Assembly: GCA_963843375.1 (NCBI GenBank)
Contig: CAWJKT010000003.1
Span: 32,001 to 96,000 of the forward strand
Direction: 5' to 3'
Origin: an uncultured Pseudomonadota bacterium
GTDB lineage: Bacteria > Oederibacteriota > Muellerivitia > Muellerivitales > Muellerivitaceae
Length of the DNA stretch: 64,000 bases
In this document: positions 10,006 to 20,983 of the stretch, piece after piece
How the letters are laid out: each line of letters begins with the position of its first letter
How positions within the stretch are numbered: position 1 is the first letter of the stretch
The notes under the pieces: model-generated
The model's database searches: none
What the model saw: only the letters and a program-made list of their open reading frames with translations
Told to the model about the DNA's origin: nothing
Made by a program: the position numbers and the translations under genes

Positions 10006-11122
10006 ACCCGGTGTTGAATCCCAATTCGGGACGGACGAGTATGTTGTCAACATGGGTCCCCAACATCCTGCGACTCATGGTGTTTTGCGGCTGGTGGTGA
10101 AATTGGATGGCGAAACGGTCAAGGAGACTATGCCGGTTTTAGGCTATCTTCACCGCTCAATTGAAAAAATCAGCGAAAATCGCACCTATCCCCAATGCAT
10201 CACTTATACCGATCGGGTTGATTATGTTTCGGCCATGAGCGTAAATTTGGCATTTGCGCTGGCGACCGAGCGACTCATGGGTATCGAAGCCCCTCCGAGG
10301 GCCCAGTGGTTGCGAATGGTTTTTGTCGAATTGCAGCGCTTGGCCAGCCATCTTTTATGGATGGGAGCCTTTGCCGGGGATATCGGGGCCTTGACGCCTT
10401 TTCTTTATGGTCTTCGTGAAAGGGAACGGATTTTGGATCTGTTCGAAATGACCTGCGGCCAACGTCTGACTTATAACTACATCCGAATCGGCGGAGTCAT
10501 GATCGACATTCTGCCGGAGTTCACCGAAAAGTGCCGGGCTTTTCTGGATTATTTTGAACCCAAAATCAACGAATATGAAGGCCTCTTGACTTATAATCCA
10601 ATTTTCCTGGAGCGGACCAAAGGGGTCGGCGTCATTACACCGGAATTTGGGATTAATAGCGGCGTTTGCGGGCCTTCCCTTCGGGGCTCGGGTGTTTCTT
10701 GCGATGTTCGTAAACAGCAACCCTATCTTTATTATGACCAGGTAAAATTCACTGAATGCTTGGAGAACGACGGGGACTGCTGGGCGCGTTATATGGTTCG
10801 TATAAATGAAATGAGGGAAAGTGTTTCCATTATCCGGCAATCTCTTGATCGGTTGGAACCAGGGCCGATTGAAGCAAAGCTGCCGCCTATTTTAAAAGCT
10901 CCTCCAGCCAGCGAGATTTATTCCCGCATTGAGTCGTCCCGGGGCGAAATGGGAATATACCTGGTGGGGGATGGAACTCCGAAGCCTTATAAAGTGAAAT
11001 ATCGTTGCGCTTCCTTTAGCAATCTTTATGTTTTGGACCAGTTGACGCGGGGATGGAAAGTTGCGGATATCATGGCCGTTTTGGGAAGCTTCGACATGAT
11101 CGTGCCGGAAGTCGACCGTTAA
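9977..11122 (+). CDS. nuoD: NADH-quinone oxidoreductase subunit D
   Basis: '[15 protein letters not shown]', 'GYLHR', 'DRVDY', C-terminal 'EVDR'; no NiFe CxxC motifs, so not a hydrogenase large subunit. Confidence 0.97.
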   Translation: MTDLLLSQIKPGVESQFGTDEYVVNMGPQHPATHGVLRLVVKLDGETVKETMPVLGYLHRSIEKISENRTYPQCITYTDRVDYVSAMSVNLAFALATERLMGIEAPPRAQWLRMVFVELQRLASHLLWMGAFAGDIGALTPFLYGLRERERILDLFEMTCGQRLTYNYIRIGGVMIDILPEFTEKCRAFLDYFEPKINEYEGLLTYNPIFLERTKGVGVITPEFGINSGVCGPSLRGSGVSCDVRKQQPYLYYDQVKFTECLENDGDCWARYMVRINEMRESVSIIRQSLDRLEPGPIEAKLPPILKAPPASEIYSRIESSRGEMGIYLVGDGTPKPYKVKYRCASFSNLYVLDQLTRGWKVADIMAVLGSFDMIVPEVDR

Positions 11123-11146
11123 TATACGTTAAGGACCCATAGGAAT

Positions 11147-12216
11147 ATGTTTACCGGGGAAAACATCGTCAACTTCGTGGCCGGGCTTTTAACCCAGGCT
11201 TATTCCCTGGCGGGTCTAAAGGCCTATTCGGGGGTTTTGGACCGAATCGTTAGCGCGGTCGTCATGTTCGGTTTTGTTTCCGTTTTCGTCATGTTTCTGG
11301 TGTGGATGGAACGAAAAGTTTCAGCCCATATGCAAAGCCGCATTGGTCCCAACCGAGTCGGTCCTTTCGGGCTTCTTCAAACATTGGCGGACGCCATCAA
11401 GTTGACCACTAAAGAGGATGTCAAGCCCGTGAAACGGGACAAACTTCCTTATTTCATAGCCCCCATCCTGGCTTTTGTGGCGACTTTCATGGGAATGGTG
11501 GTCGTTCCTTTTGATAGAAAAGTGGTGGTCGCGGATTTGAACATTGGAGTTTTGTATATCATTGCTATTACCAGCTTTACGGTGATTGGCATTCTTTCGG
11601 CTGGTTGGAGTTCCAACAATAAATATTCCATGTTGGGTGGTTTCCGTTCGGCGGCACAAATCGTTAGTTATGAGGTCCCGCTGGTTTTGTCCTTGGTGCC
11701 CGTCATTATGATCACCGGAAAACTCAACTTTAGCGGTATCGTGGAATACCAACGGCTACATGGTTATTGGTTCGTATTTCCCCAGTTAGTGGCTTTTTTG
11801 ACCTTCATTGCTTCGGCTACAGCTGAGGCCAACCGCGCCCCTTTTGATATTCCGGAAGCTGAATCTGAATTAACCGGTGGATTTCACACCGAGTATTCGG
11901 GAGTGAAATTCGCCATGTTCTTTCTGGGAGAGTACATAGCTATCGTGGTTTCCTCAGCCGTGGCGGCAACGGTATTTTTGGGGGGATGGCTTCCTCCCCT
12001 CCATTTTTTGGGCTTCATTCCAGGGTTTATCTGGTTCATCCTTAAGGTGCTTTTTATCATTTATCATTATCATGGCATTTCGTTGGACCTTCCCTAGGCT
12101 TCGGGTGGATCAGTTAATGGATTTTGGCTGGAAGGTTTTGATTCCCAGTTACGATTGCGAATATCCTGGTGACCGGTTTTGTGGTTTTGCTTTTTTGGCA
12201 AAGGGGGTTTAAATGA
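11147..12216 (+). CDS. nuoH: NADH-quinone oxidoreductase subunit H (apparent indels near 12060-12160)
   Basis: 'ERKVSAHMQSRIGPNRVGP', 'NRAPFDIPEAESEL'; the C-terminal 'RWTFPRLRVDQLMDFGWK' lies in another frame; TGA 12214-12216 overlaps the nuoI ATG. Confidence 0.93.
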
Positions 12217-12725
12217 GAACCTTATACGCGTACCTTAAAGCAATTGTCCTTGGACTTTGGAATTTGCTGATAGGCCTTTCGATCACTTCCAGCTATGTTT
12301 TCAAGAAAACAACAACCCAACAATATCCGGAAGAAAAACTTCCGCTTCCAGCCCGAAGCCGCAGCATGATCAAATTGATTTATGATGGGGAAAAGGATCA
12401 GTTCAATTGCGTGGCCTGCATGATGTGCGCCAAGGCTTGTCCGAACAACTGCATTAAGTTGGAGGGCGTGCGTGGAGCCGATGGAAAGCGCCGCATGACT
12501 ACCTTCAAATTGGATTTTTCAACCTGCATTTTTTGCGGCTATTGCGTGGAAGCCTGCGGGTTTGACGCCTTGACCTTTGTATCCGAGGAATATGAAAATT
12601 CAGTTTATAAGCGGGGAAGTTTATTGCAGGACGAGCATGCCATGAAATGGGCTAGGCCCGCTCATTTAGCCCCGGCTCCCGAGGAATCCGCCAAAGTCGA
12701 AGCGGTTGCCGGAGCAAAAGCATGA
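12213..12725 (+). CDS. nuoI: NADH-quinone oxidoreductase subunit I
   Basis: Two 4Fe-4S motifs CVACMMCAKACP and CIFCGYCVEAC; 'TQQYPEE'. Confidence 0.96.
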   Translation: MRTLYAYLKAIVLGLWNLLIGLSITSSYVFKKTTTQQYPEEKLPLPARSRSMIKLIYDGEKDQFNCVACMMCAKACPNNCIKLEGVRGADGKRRMTTFKLDFSTCIFCGYCVEACGFDALTFVSEEYENSVYKRGSLLQDEHAMKWARPAHLAPAPEESAKVEAVAGAKA

Positions 12726-13296
12726 TCCAAACGATTTTTTACGCCTTGGCGGGTGTGATTGTGGCTTCGGCCATTCTGGTTGTTTCGGTCCGAAATCTTT
12801 TCCACTGCGCCTTGGCCTTGGCCTTAACCATGTTCGGCATTTCAGGCATTTATCTTTATTTGGGTTGGGAGTTCCTGGCGGCTGTTCAGGTGTTGATCTA
12901 CGTTGGAGCAGTGACGGTCCTGATCATTTTCGGAATCATGTTGACCCGAAAAGTGATGGATGACAATGCGCGGGTAATGAACAATCAGGTTTTACTTTCG
13001 CTTTGTCGCCGCCGTCGCCGTGTTATTCATCTTGTCCGAGGTTATTAGTCGATCTTCCTTCCAGCAAAACGACCATCCCTCCGTGGCCATGGAGGCCGCA
13101 TCTTCAATAAGCGGAACAATGCCAAACGGAGTTCCCATGCCCTTGCCCGAGAGCTACCAAAATGACGTTCTTTCTTTGGGTGCTGCGCTTTTGAAGCCGC
13201 AAAACGGTTTTGCTTTTGCCTTTGAGTTTGTCTCAATACTTGCTCCTGTCCGCGTTAGTGGGTGCGGTTGTGATTGCCCGAAAGGATCCTGCGTGA
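12722..13296 (+). CDS. nuoJ: NADH-quinone oxidoreductase subunit J (apparent indels about 13000 and 13245)
   Basis: 'EFLAAVQVLIYVGAVTVL' in the first frame, 'FAFEFVSIL' in the next, ending 'GAVVIARKDPA*'. Confidence 0.9.
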
Positions 13297-13608
13297 ACCA
13301 GATACCCGATTTCTCATTTCCTTTACCTTGCCGCCATTCTTTTCGGGATCGGTATTTTCGGCGTTTTGGCCCGAAAAAACGCGATTTCGGTCCTCATGGG
13401 AATCGAGCTTATGTTGAACGCGGTGAACATCAATTATTTGGCTTTCGCTAAATATTGGGGCCAAGGCAGTCTCAATGGCCCGGTTTTCGTGGTTTTCGTC
13501 ATTACCATCGCGGCGGCTGAGGCCGCTGTCGCTCTGGCCATCGTCATTTCAATTTACCGTCAGATGAAGAGCACCAATGTGGATGATGCCCATTATTTGC
13601 GTGGGTGA
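13293..13608 (+). CDS. nuoK: NADH-quinone oxidoreductase subunit K (apparent indel about 13306)
   Basis: 'RKNAISVLMGIELMLNAVN', 'AAAEAAVALA'; GTG start overlaps the nuoJ stop (GTGA). Confidence 0.93.
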
Positions 13609-13709
13609 AGAGTCTTTCCAACCGTTTTGAAATGCACCAGAAGCCTTCAGCCGTTTGTTTCTGAGCAGAGCCGTGACTAGTTGTATTTTATTAAAGGTAA
13701 GGGGAAGTA

Positions 13710-15605
13710 ATGATCCAGATATTCTTGGTTAATACCCGTGATGCCGGCATTGGCCTATGCCTTCATCATTTTTTTCACCCGCCGGTCCAAGATGCTTTCC
13801 GCCGCTATTTCCATCCTGACCATGGTCGCCTGTTTTTGCCTCTCGGTCGGCGTTTTTATTGAGATCGCCCAACGGGACCCCTCCCAACCCCTTCCCAACC
13901 TCACTTGGACTTGGTTGTCGTTACCACCCTGGGACGCCCATGTGGGCGTTCTCATCGACCATTGAGCGTAAATATGCTGCTGGTGGTAACCTTGATCTCC
14001 CTCTTGGTGCAAATATATTCCCTGGGTTATATGCACGATGATGAGAGGTTTTCGACCTATTATGCCTACCTCTCGCTTTTCACCGCATCCATGCTGGTAC
14101 TGGTGGTTTCCAATAATTACCTTCAAATTTTTGTCGGTTGGGAGTTGGTGGGCCTTTGTTCCTATTTCTTGATCGGTTTCTGGTATTTCAAACCTGAGGC
14201 GGCCAACGCCTGTAAAAAGGCTTTTGTCGTCAACCGCATCGGGGACATGGGCTTCCTGATGGGGGTCATTACCATCGGGATGATGTTCCAAACTTTTGAT
14301 TTTGCCAAAGTACAGGAACTTCTGACTCAGGAACTGGCGAAGGGTACCTTCCAAGGAAATCATTACATTGCCGGAATCGCCATCCTTCTTTTCTGCGGGG
14401 CGGTGGGGAAGAGCGCTCAGTTTCCCCTTCATGTCTGGCTTCCCGATGCCATGGAAGGCCCCACACCGGTATCCGCCCTGATCCATGCGGCTACCATGGT
14501 GGCTGCCGGGGTTTACATGGTGGCCCGTACTTACAGTATTTTCTCAGCGGACCCCTGGTCAATGACGGTTGTGGCCTGGGTAGGCGGGTTTACGGCCTTG
14601 TTCGCCGCCTCCATTGCTTTGGCCCAGGACGATATCAAACGCATCCTGGCCTATTCGACCTTGTCCCAATTGGGTTACATGATTATGTCCTTAGGTGCTG
14701 GGGGGTACACTTCCGGCATGTTCCATCTAACCACCCATGCCTGTTTCAAAGCTCTTTTATTCCTAGGCGCCGGGAGCGTTATCCACGGGGTGCATAACCA
14801 GGATATTTGGAAGATGGGCGGTCTTTGGAATAAGATGAAAATCACCGCGGCGACTTTCCTCATCGCCAATTTGGCTATTTCGGGAATTCCCCCCTTCGCG
14901 GGCTTCTTCTCCAAGGATGCGATATTGGACGCGGTCCATGAGAGCACCGTTCCGGGCCACGAGATTCTTTATTACGCCTCCGTCTTCACGGCTTTCCTCA
15001 CGGCCTTTTATATGTTCCGACTTTTCTTCGTGGTTTTTCTGGGGGAGCCGCGTGACCACCATGCCTATGACCACGCCCATGAGTCCCCCCTCACTATGAC
15101 AGGTCCCCTCATGGTCTTGGCTTTCCTTTCCATCTGCGTCGGTTGGTTGAACTGGCCGGGATTGGATTATTATTCCAAGTTTGTTTTTTTTGGACCCGGT
15201 AGCCCCGAGGGGGCATCTAGTTTCATCCAATTATTGACCCAGTCCTGGCTTTCTCTTTTAGTCGCCCTAATAGGAATCGGTTTATCCGCCGCCTTTTACT
15301 ACTTCAAGATTTTCTCGGCCGAAAATGTCGCCCAACAATTCCGGCCCATCTATCTGCTTTTGAAGAATAAGTATTACTTCGATGAGATGTATGGCTGGTT
15401 TGTGGACAAGGTTGTTTTTGGGATAGCTTCCATTTTCCACTGGTTCGATGAAGTGGTTGTCGACGATGGGATGGTGGATGGGACAGGTTGGATCAATCGG
15501 AAAATGGGAAGTCTTTTCAGCCTGACCCAGACCGGTTATGTCCAAAATTACGCCTTGGTTATTTTTGGCGCGGTGGCAATGATTTATCTGCTGGTTAGTT
15601 TCTAA
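13710..15605 (+). CDS. nuoL: NADH-quinone oxidoreductase subunit L (apparent indels about 13720 and 13960)
   Basis: 'GWELVGLCSYFLIGFW', 'GKSAQFPLHVWLPDAMEGPTPVSALIHAATMV', C-terminal 'QTGYVQNY'. Confidence 0.95.
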
Positions 15606-15625
15606 ATATCCGGAGGAAATAAAGA

Positions 15626-17206
15626 ATGCTTCCCGTACTTGCCACCATTTTGGTCCCTTTCGCGGCCATCTTTGCCCTCTTTTCCCAGGCTTCAGCTCAT
15701 GGCCCCAATATTTTGCCTCTTTTAACCTCTTTCATCCTTATTCCCATTCTTTCGGCTTTTGCCATCATGGCTGCGCCGGAAAAATATACACGTTGGATTA
15801 GTCTTTTTATGGCTTCTATGGAATTGGGGGTCGCTTTCAAAGTTTTCGCCCTTTACCAAACCAGTGCAGGGGGATTCCAATTGGTGGAAGAGGTTCCTTG
15901 GCTCGGCAATTTCGGGATCAAGTATCTCTTGGGTGTCGACGGAATGAGCACCTTGATGGTGTTTTTGGTTGGCTGCGTTTATTTTGCAGGGACGCTTATC
16001 TCGTGGAACATCAGCCTGCGTAAAAAAGAATATTTCGTTCTTTTTTCCCTTCTCGTCGGGGGTGTGGCCGGCGCCTACGAAAGCCTCGACCTGTTCTTTT
16101 TCTTTCTCTTTTATGAATTCGCTGTTTTGCCGATGTACCTCTTGGTGGGTATTTGGGGATCGGGTCGCAAGGAATACGCCGCCATGAAACTGACCCTCAT
16201 GCTCTTGGCCGGTTCCGCCTTCATGTTGGTGGGTTTTATCGCCATGTATTTCACGTCCAGCATTCATACTTTCGATATTCGCGTATTAGGCGACTTGTCG
16301 AAAACCGGCTATAGCTCCGATTTCCAAAACATTTGGTTCCCCCTTCTTTTTCTGGGTTTTGGAGTCATCTCGGCCGTTTTTCCTTTCCATACTTGGTCTC
16401 CCGATGGATATGGTTCCGCTCCTACTGCCGCTTCCATGCTTCACGCGGGCGTATTAAAGAGCTTAGGGGGATACAGCATTATTCGGGTCGCTTTGCCGGC
16501 CTTACCATTGGGAGCAAAACACTGGCTTCCGATTCTAGTGCTTTTAACCGTCGTGAACATTCTTTACGCCGCATTGGTTGCCTTAAAACAAAAAGATTTC
16601 AAGTATGTCATTGCCTATTCCTCCGTTTCCCATTGTGGCGCAATCCTGTTCGGTATCTGCACTCTCCAAGTTGCCGGTTTAAATGGAGCTGTCATCCAGA
16701 CTCTTTCCCACGGAATAGTGGCGGCCATGACTTTCGCCCTGGTGGGTACGGTTTATGGAAAAGCCCACACAAGGGAACTGTCCAAACTCGGCGGGTTGGG
16801 GGCTTGTATGCCGGTTTTGGGAGGGCTTTTCGTTGCGGCGGCTATGGCAAATGTGGGCCTTCCGGGCTTAAGCGGTTTCGTGGGTGAATTCCTGATTTTC
16901 CTCGGGTCCTATCGCAGCGGTTATCACGGGGGCTTCACTATTTTCCAAGTCCTCTTCCCAGTTGCTGTCCTGGCCATCGTCTTGACGGCCGTTTATTACC
17001 TCCGGCTTGTGCAGATGGTTTTTTACGGGCCAGTTAAAGACCCTCATTTCAAGGAAGAGGTGCATGACGGGACTTTCATCGAAATCCTGCCGATAGCTTT
17101 TCTTTTGGCCGTTTCTCTTGCCGTGGGTTTATATCCGAAACCCTTTGTCGATATGTCTAATGCGACTATCGCGCCTTTGATCGACTATATCGGAGGATTC
17201 AAGTGA
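15626..17206 (+). CDS. nuoM: NADH-quinone oxidoreductase subunit M
   Basis: 'LGVDGMS', 'FYEFAVLPMY', 'PFHTWSPD', 'AYSSVSH', 'GLPGLSGFVGE'; GGAGG RBS. Confidence 0.96.
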   Translation: MLPVLATILVPFAAIFALFSQASAHGPNILPLLTSFILIPILSAFAIMAAPEKYTRWISLFMASMELGVAFKVFALYQTSAGGFQLVEEVPWLGNFGIKYLLGVDGMSTLMVFLVGCVYFAGTLISWNISLRKKEYFVLFSLLVGGVAGAYESLDLFFFFLFYEFAVLPMYLLVGIWGSGRKEYAAMKLTLMLLAGSAFMLVGFIAMYFTSSIHTFDIRVLGDLSKTGYSSDFQNIWFPLLFLGFGVISAVFPFHTWSPDGYGSAPTAASMLHAGVLKSLGGYSIIRVALPALPLGAKHWLPILVLLTVVNILYAALVALKQKDFKYVIAYSSVSHCGAILFGICTLQVAGLNGAVIQTLSHGIVAAMTFALVGTVYGKAHTRELSKLGGLGACMPVLGGLFVAAAMANVGLPGLSGFVGEFLIFLGSYRSGYHGGFTIFQVLFPVAVLAIVLTAVYYLRLVQMVFYGPVKDPHFKEEVHDGTFIEILPIAFLLAVSLAVGLYPKPFVDMSNATIAPLIDYIGGFK

Positions 17207-18697
17207 TCCAAGTTTCTTCTTTCCTGCCCGAACTTTGGCTGGTAAGCACGGCCATTTTGATCCTGCTCGTGGAATTGTTTTCGGAAAGTGACTCGACCCG
17301 CCGGATCCTGAATTGGATAGCCGTTTTGGGAGTGTTGGGAGCCCTTATTACTCTTCCTTGCGTGGGGGGACTTTGTTGTTCTGCGGCTTGCAATATGGGA
17401 AACCTTCCTACGGAAGCTTTTGCCGGTTTCCTTAAAACGGACGGACTGGCCGCCTATTTCAAGATGATCGTGCTATTGGGCACTCTTTTGACCCTCTTTA
17501 TCACCTTCCGTTATTTCAAAAGCCGGCCCACGCATTACCCAGCGGAATTCCTAGCGGTTCTTTTGTTTTCCGCCGCCGGAGCCTCGGCCTTGGCTTCGGC
17601 CCAGGAGATTATTACCCTTTATGTCTCGCTGGAAACCCTAACAATCAGTAGTTATTTACTGGCTTCTTTCATGAAGAAAGACAAAGGAAGCAATGAAGCG
17701 GGAATGAAATACTTATTACTGGGAGCCTTTTCCTCTGCCATTCTCTTGCTCGGTTTCTCCTATATTTACGGCCTGACCGGAACGACTATCATCACGCAGA
17801 TCGGAAAAAGTCTGGCAGCCCAACCCTTTTCACCCATGCTGGCTATGGCAATCATCCTGGTGACAGGAGGTTTGGCCTTCAAAATATCCCTAGCTCCTTT
17901 TCATATGTGGACACCTGACGTTTACGAGGGCGCCCCGACTCCAGTAACGGCTTTTCTTTCCGTTGTTTCTAAAACCGCGGGATTCGCGGCTTTCGTCAGA
18001 ATCTTTTGGGTCGGCCTTTCGGATTACTCCGCTTCACCGGTTTGGGCGGGACTTTTCGCTGTACTAGCGGTCATGAGCATCATTCTTGGTAATTTAGAGG
18101 CCATACCACAAAAAAATATCAAGCGCATGATGGCCTATTCTTCTATCGCCCAAGCCGGATATATTTCAACGGGGTTTTTGGCGGGCGGCCAGTTGGGCTT
18201 AACCGCGGTCCTTTTTTATCTCTTCGTCTACCTCTTCGCCAACTTGGGGGCCTTTCTAGCGATCGTAATTGTTTCCGGTAAAACCGGAAGCGACCAAATC
18301 GAGGATTATCGCGGGTGTGTGGAAAAGATCCCCCCTTATCGGGGTAGTTTTATTGGTTTGCCTTCTTTCCTTGGCGGGGGTCCCGCCCTTCGCGGGTTTT
18401 TCCGGAAAGTGGTATTTGTTCGGAGCCGCCGTCCACATGGGATATACCTGGCTGGCATTGGTGGGCATGGTTTTCAGCGTAGTGTCGCTTTACTATTACC
18501 TTCAGGTAGTTCGGCAAGCCCTCATGGTGGATGCCAAGGATCCATCGCCCATTGAAATGAACCTCATTGAAAAGATCATTTTGGTGGTCTGTATCGTATC
18601 CACCGTCACCTTCGGTTTCTGGCCTACGCCCATCATGGATATCGCCCAAGCGGCCCTTCCGCTCTTTTTTAACAGGTCTAAAAATTTTTTAAGATAG
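17203..18697 (+). CDS. nuoN: NADH-quinone oxidoreductase subunit N (apparent indel about 18315)
   Basis: 'EAGMKY', 'FKISLAPFHMWTPDVYEGAPTP', 'KRMMAYSSIAQAGY'; then 'SLAGVPPFAGF.GK' in the next frame. Confidence 0.95.
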
Positions 18698-18715
18698 TTA
18701 ATTATCCCCCGGTTT

Positions 18716-18746
18716 AAACCTCCGGCTTCCAGCCGGGGGTTTTTTT
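18716..18746 (+). terminator. Rho-independent terminator of the nuo operon
   Basis: AAACCTCCGGCT-TCC-AGCCGGGGGTTT stem-loop with a T7 tract. Confidence 0.85.
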
Positions 18747-18863
18747 GTTTAAGGGCTTTCGTGAAGTGATCTTTTGAAGCGTAGAGGAGAAAGTTGTTTC
18801 GACGTTTAAAAACCGCTAGAGTGGTTCGGTTTAAGGATGGGGTCATTCACCAGGGGGAAGGTC

Positions 18864-19684
18864 ATGATGACCAATGGATTATTAGGGGCGGTGTTCATTC
18901 ATATACGCTTTCAGCTGTATTTATGCCTTTCGGTATTACCGGGGACTGGATGAAGGTTCGGACCGTTTGGCAGTACGCTGGCTTTTTGCCGGATTCTTTT
19001 TTCAGGGACTCCTACTTGCGCTCCAATGGATGACGGACGGTTATGCGCCTTTTGTCACCCTTGAGGGTATTTTGACCGCTTTCTCCTTTTCGCTGGCCGC
19101 GGCCCTGCTCCTAGGTCGCCTCAAAACACCGGTGCCGGTTCTTACGTCACTCTTCCTGCCGTTCATCCTATTGGTGGCACTTCTGGCTTTTTGGCTTGGC
19201 TTTAAGCCCGCCGCCTTGATGGACAGTCGGTTTAATGACCCCGGGAATGGCCAGCCATATTTTTTTGACTTTCCTTGGTTTTTCTCATTTCACCCTGGGG
19301 TTCGGCGTCGGGGTGGCCTTTTGGGTCCAGGAAGGCCAATTGAAGCAGCACCAAGTCAAAAGCTGGAGTTACCGCCTCCCGGCGCTTGAGGCTTTAGACC
19401 GATTGACCGTTTATTACATCGGGTTGGGTTTTCTGTTCTGGTTCCTCGGATTGTGGCTGGGGGCCGTTCAGGCTATTCAGGTTTGGAACCGACTGCCACT
19501 GGCCGATCCTAAAATTCTGGGTTCCTTTCTGGTATTGGTCATTTACGCCTCTTTCTTCCTCCTGCGTTGGGGTTTCCGAATGCGGGGAAGGAAAACTATG
19601 GTGCTCGTGATGGCGGGTTATCTCCTGGCGCTTTTCACCTTTGTGGGCGTTCGCGTTTTTTTAACTACCCAGCACGTACTTTAG
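18864..19684 (+). CDS. Cytochrome c assembly protein (CcsA/HemX-like), with apparent indels
   Basis: Multi-TM protein; 'HIFLTFLG', 'LPALEALDRL', 'LADPK', 'GFRMRGRK', C-terminal His; directly upstream of hemA; pieces in three frames. Confidence 0.8.
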
Positions 19685-19696
19685 GAATAAGCCATT

Positions 19697-20971
19697 ATGA
19701 AGTTCATCGCCTACGGATTGAACCACACCACTGCTCCCCTCGCGGTCAGGGAAAAATACGCCCTTCCGCCGGAAAAAGTCATGGAAGTCCTTCGGGCCTT
19801 GAAAACCCATTCCCCTGAAACGGTTTTTCTTTCCACTTGTAACCGGGTCGAATTTTATCTATCGCCGGAAAACAACGAAAATTGTCTGGGTGAAATCCGT
19901 GAAGTTCTTGGAAAATTCCATAGATTGAAGCCCCTGGAAGTTAAAAAATATTTTTACCTTCTTGAGGGTCCCGAAGCCTTCTTGCACCTTTTCCGAGTGG
20001 CCTCTTCTCTGGATTCGATGGTAGTGGGGGAGGCCCAAATATTGGGCCAAGTGAAAGAAGCTTTTCAAAAATCCAGGCAGGCGGGTTTGACGGGCGCGGC
20101 CTTCCACGGCATTTTTGACCGGGCTTTCGCTGCGGCTAAAAGGGTACGGTCCCAGACCGAAATCGCCCGGATGCCGGTAAATGTCTCAAGCGTTGCGGTC
20201 GACTTGGCCCGAAAAATCTTCACGAACCTTTCGGAGCACTCGGCCCTGTTATTGGGCGCGGGTGAAATGGGTGAATTGACCGCCAAATATCTTGTGGACG
20301 CTGGCGTGAAGGGTTTTTTCATCGCCAACCGGACGATTGAAAAAGCCAAGCAATTGGCGGAGAAGCTCGACGGAAAGGCCCTGGCGTTGTCCGAGAGCCT
20401 GAAAAAGATCGAGCAGGTTGATATTATCCTGGCTTCACTGGGGGACAGCGCTTCCTGGTTGAAGAAGATGGACGTCGAACAGGCGATGAGGAACCGAAAA
20501 GGCCGCCCCCTTTTCATCATCGATATTGGAGTGCCCCGAAACGTGGAGCCTGAAACGGGGAAGATTGAATCCGTTTTTCTCTATAACATCGACGACCTCT
20601 CCTCCATCGCCGATGGAAACCGGGGCCAACGGCAAAAGGCCGTTGAGGCCGCCGAATCGATTCTTCGAGAGGAAGTAGACCGTCTTTGCGATTGGCTTAC
20701 CGGGCTGGAATTGGTGCCGACGATTGTCAGGCTAAGGGAGCATTTTGAAGAAATCCGCCAATCCGAACTATCAGAATTCCTGAACAAGAATGGAAATCTT
20801 TCCGAAAAGGAAAGAAAGGCACTCGAACGCCTGACCCACGACCTAGTCGGAAGGCTTCTTCATGACCCATCTGTCAACTTGAGGGGAATTGCCAACGAAA
20901 CGGACCGGTTCGAGTATGCCCGAATGTTGAACGACATTTTCTTGAAAAAAAACCGGCAAAATCCCGGATAA
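19697..20971 (+). CDS. hemA: Glutamyl-tRNA reductase
   Basis: 'GLNHTTAPLAVRE', 'STCNRVE', 'LDSMVVGEAQILGQ', 'GAGEM', 'DIGVPRNVE'. Confidence 0.98.
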   Translation: MKFIAYGLNHTTAPLAVREKYALPPEKVMEVLRALKTHSPETVFLSTCNRVEFYLSPENNENCLGEIREVLGKFHRLKPLEVKKYFYLLEGPEAFLHLFRVASSLDSMVVGEAQILGQVKEAFQKSRQAGLTGAAFHGIFDRAFAAAKRVRSQTEIARMPVNVSSVAVDLARKIFTNLSEHSALLLGAGEMGELTAKYLVDAGVKGFFIANRTIEKAKQLAEKLDGKALALSESLKKIEQVDIILASLGDSASWLKKMDVEQAMRNRKGRPLFIIDIGVPRNVEPETGKIESVFLYNIDDLSSIADGNRGQRQKAVEAAESILREEVDRLCDWLTGLELVPTIVRLREHFEEIRQSELSEFLNKNGNLSEKERKALERLTHDLVGRLLHDPSVNLRGIANETDRFEYARMLNDIFLKKNRQNPG

Positions 20972-20983
20972 GATGGACTTTAC

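Noticed and set aside
9977..11122. Group 4 NiFe-hydrogenase reading of the nuoEFG-less operon
   Set aside because: The large subunit lacks both CxxC Ni-binding motifs and has complex I quinone-site residues.
13609..13709. Intra-operon gaps nuoK-nuoL (101 bp) and nuoB-nuoC (9447-9531) as hidden genes or RNAs
   Set aside because: No ORF with an RBS and no strong structure seen.
18704..18718. ATCCCCCGGTTTAAA recurs almost exactly at about 57602-57617
   Set aside because: Two short copies in unrelated contexts; not enough for a repeat family.
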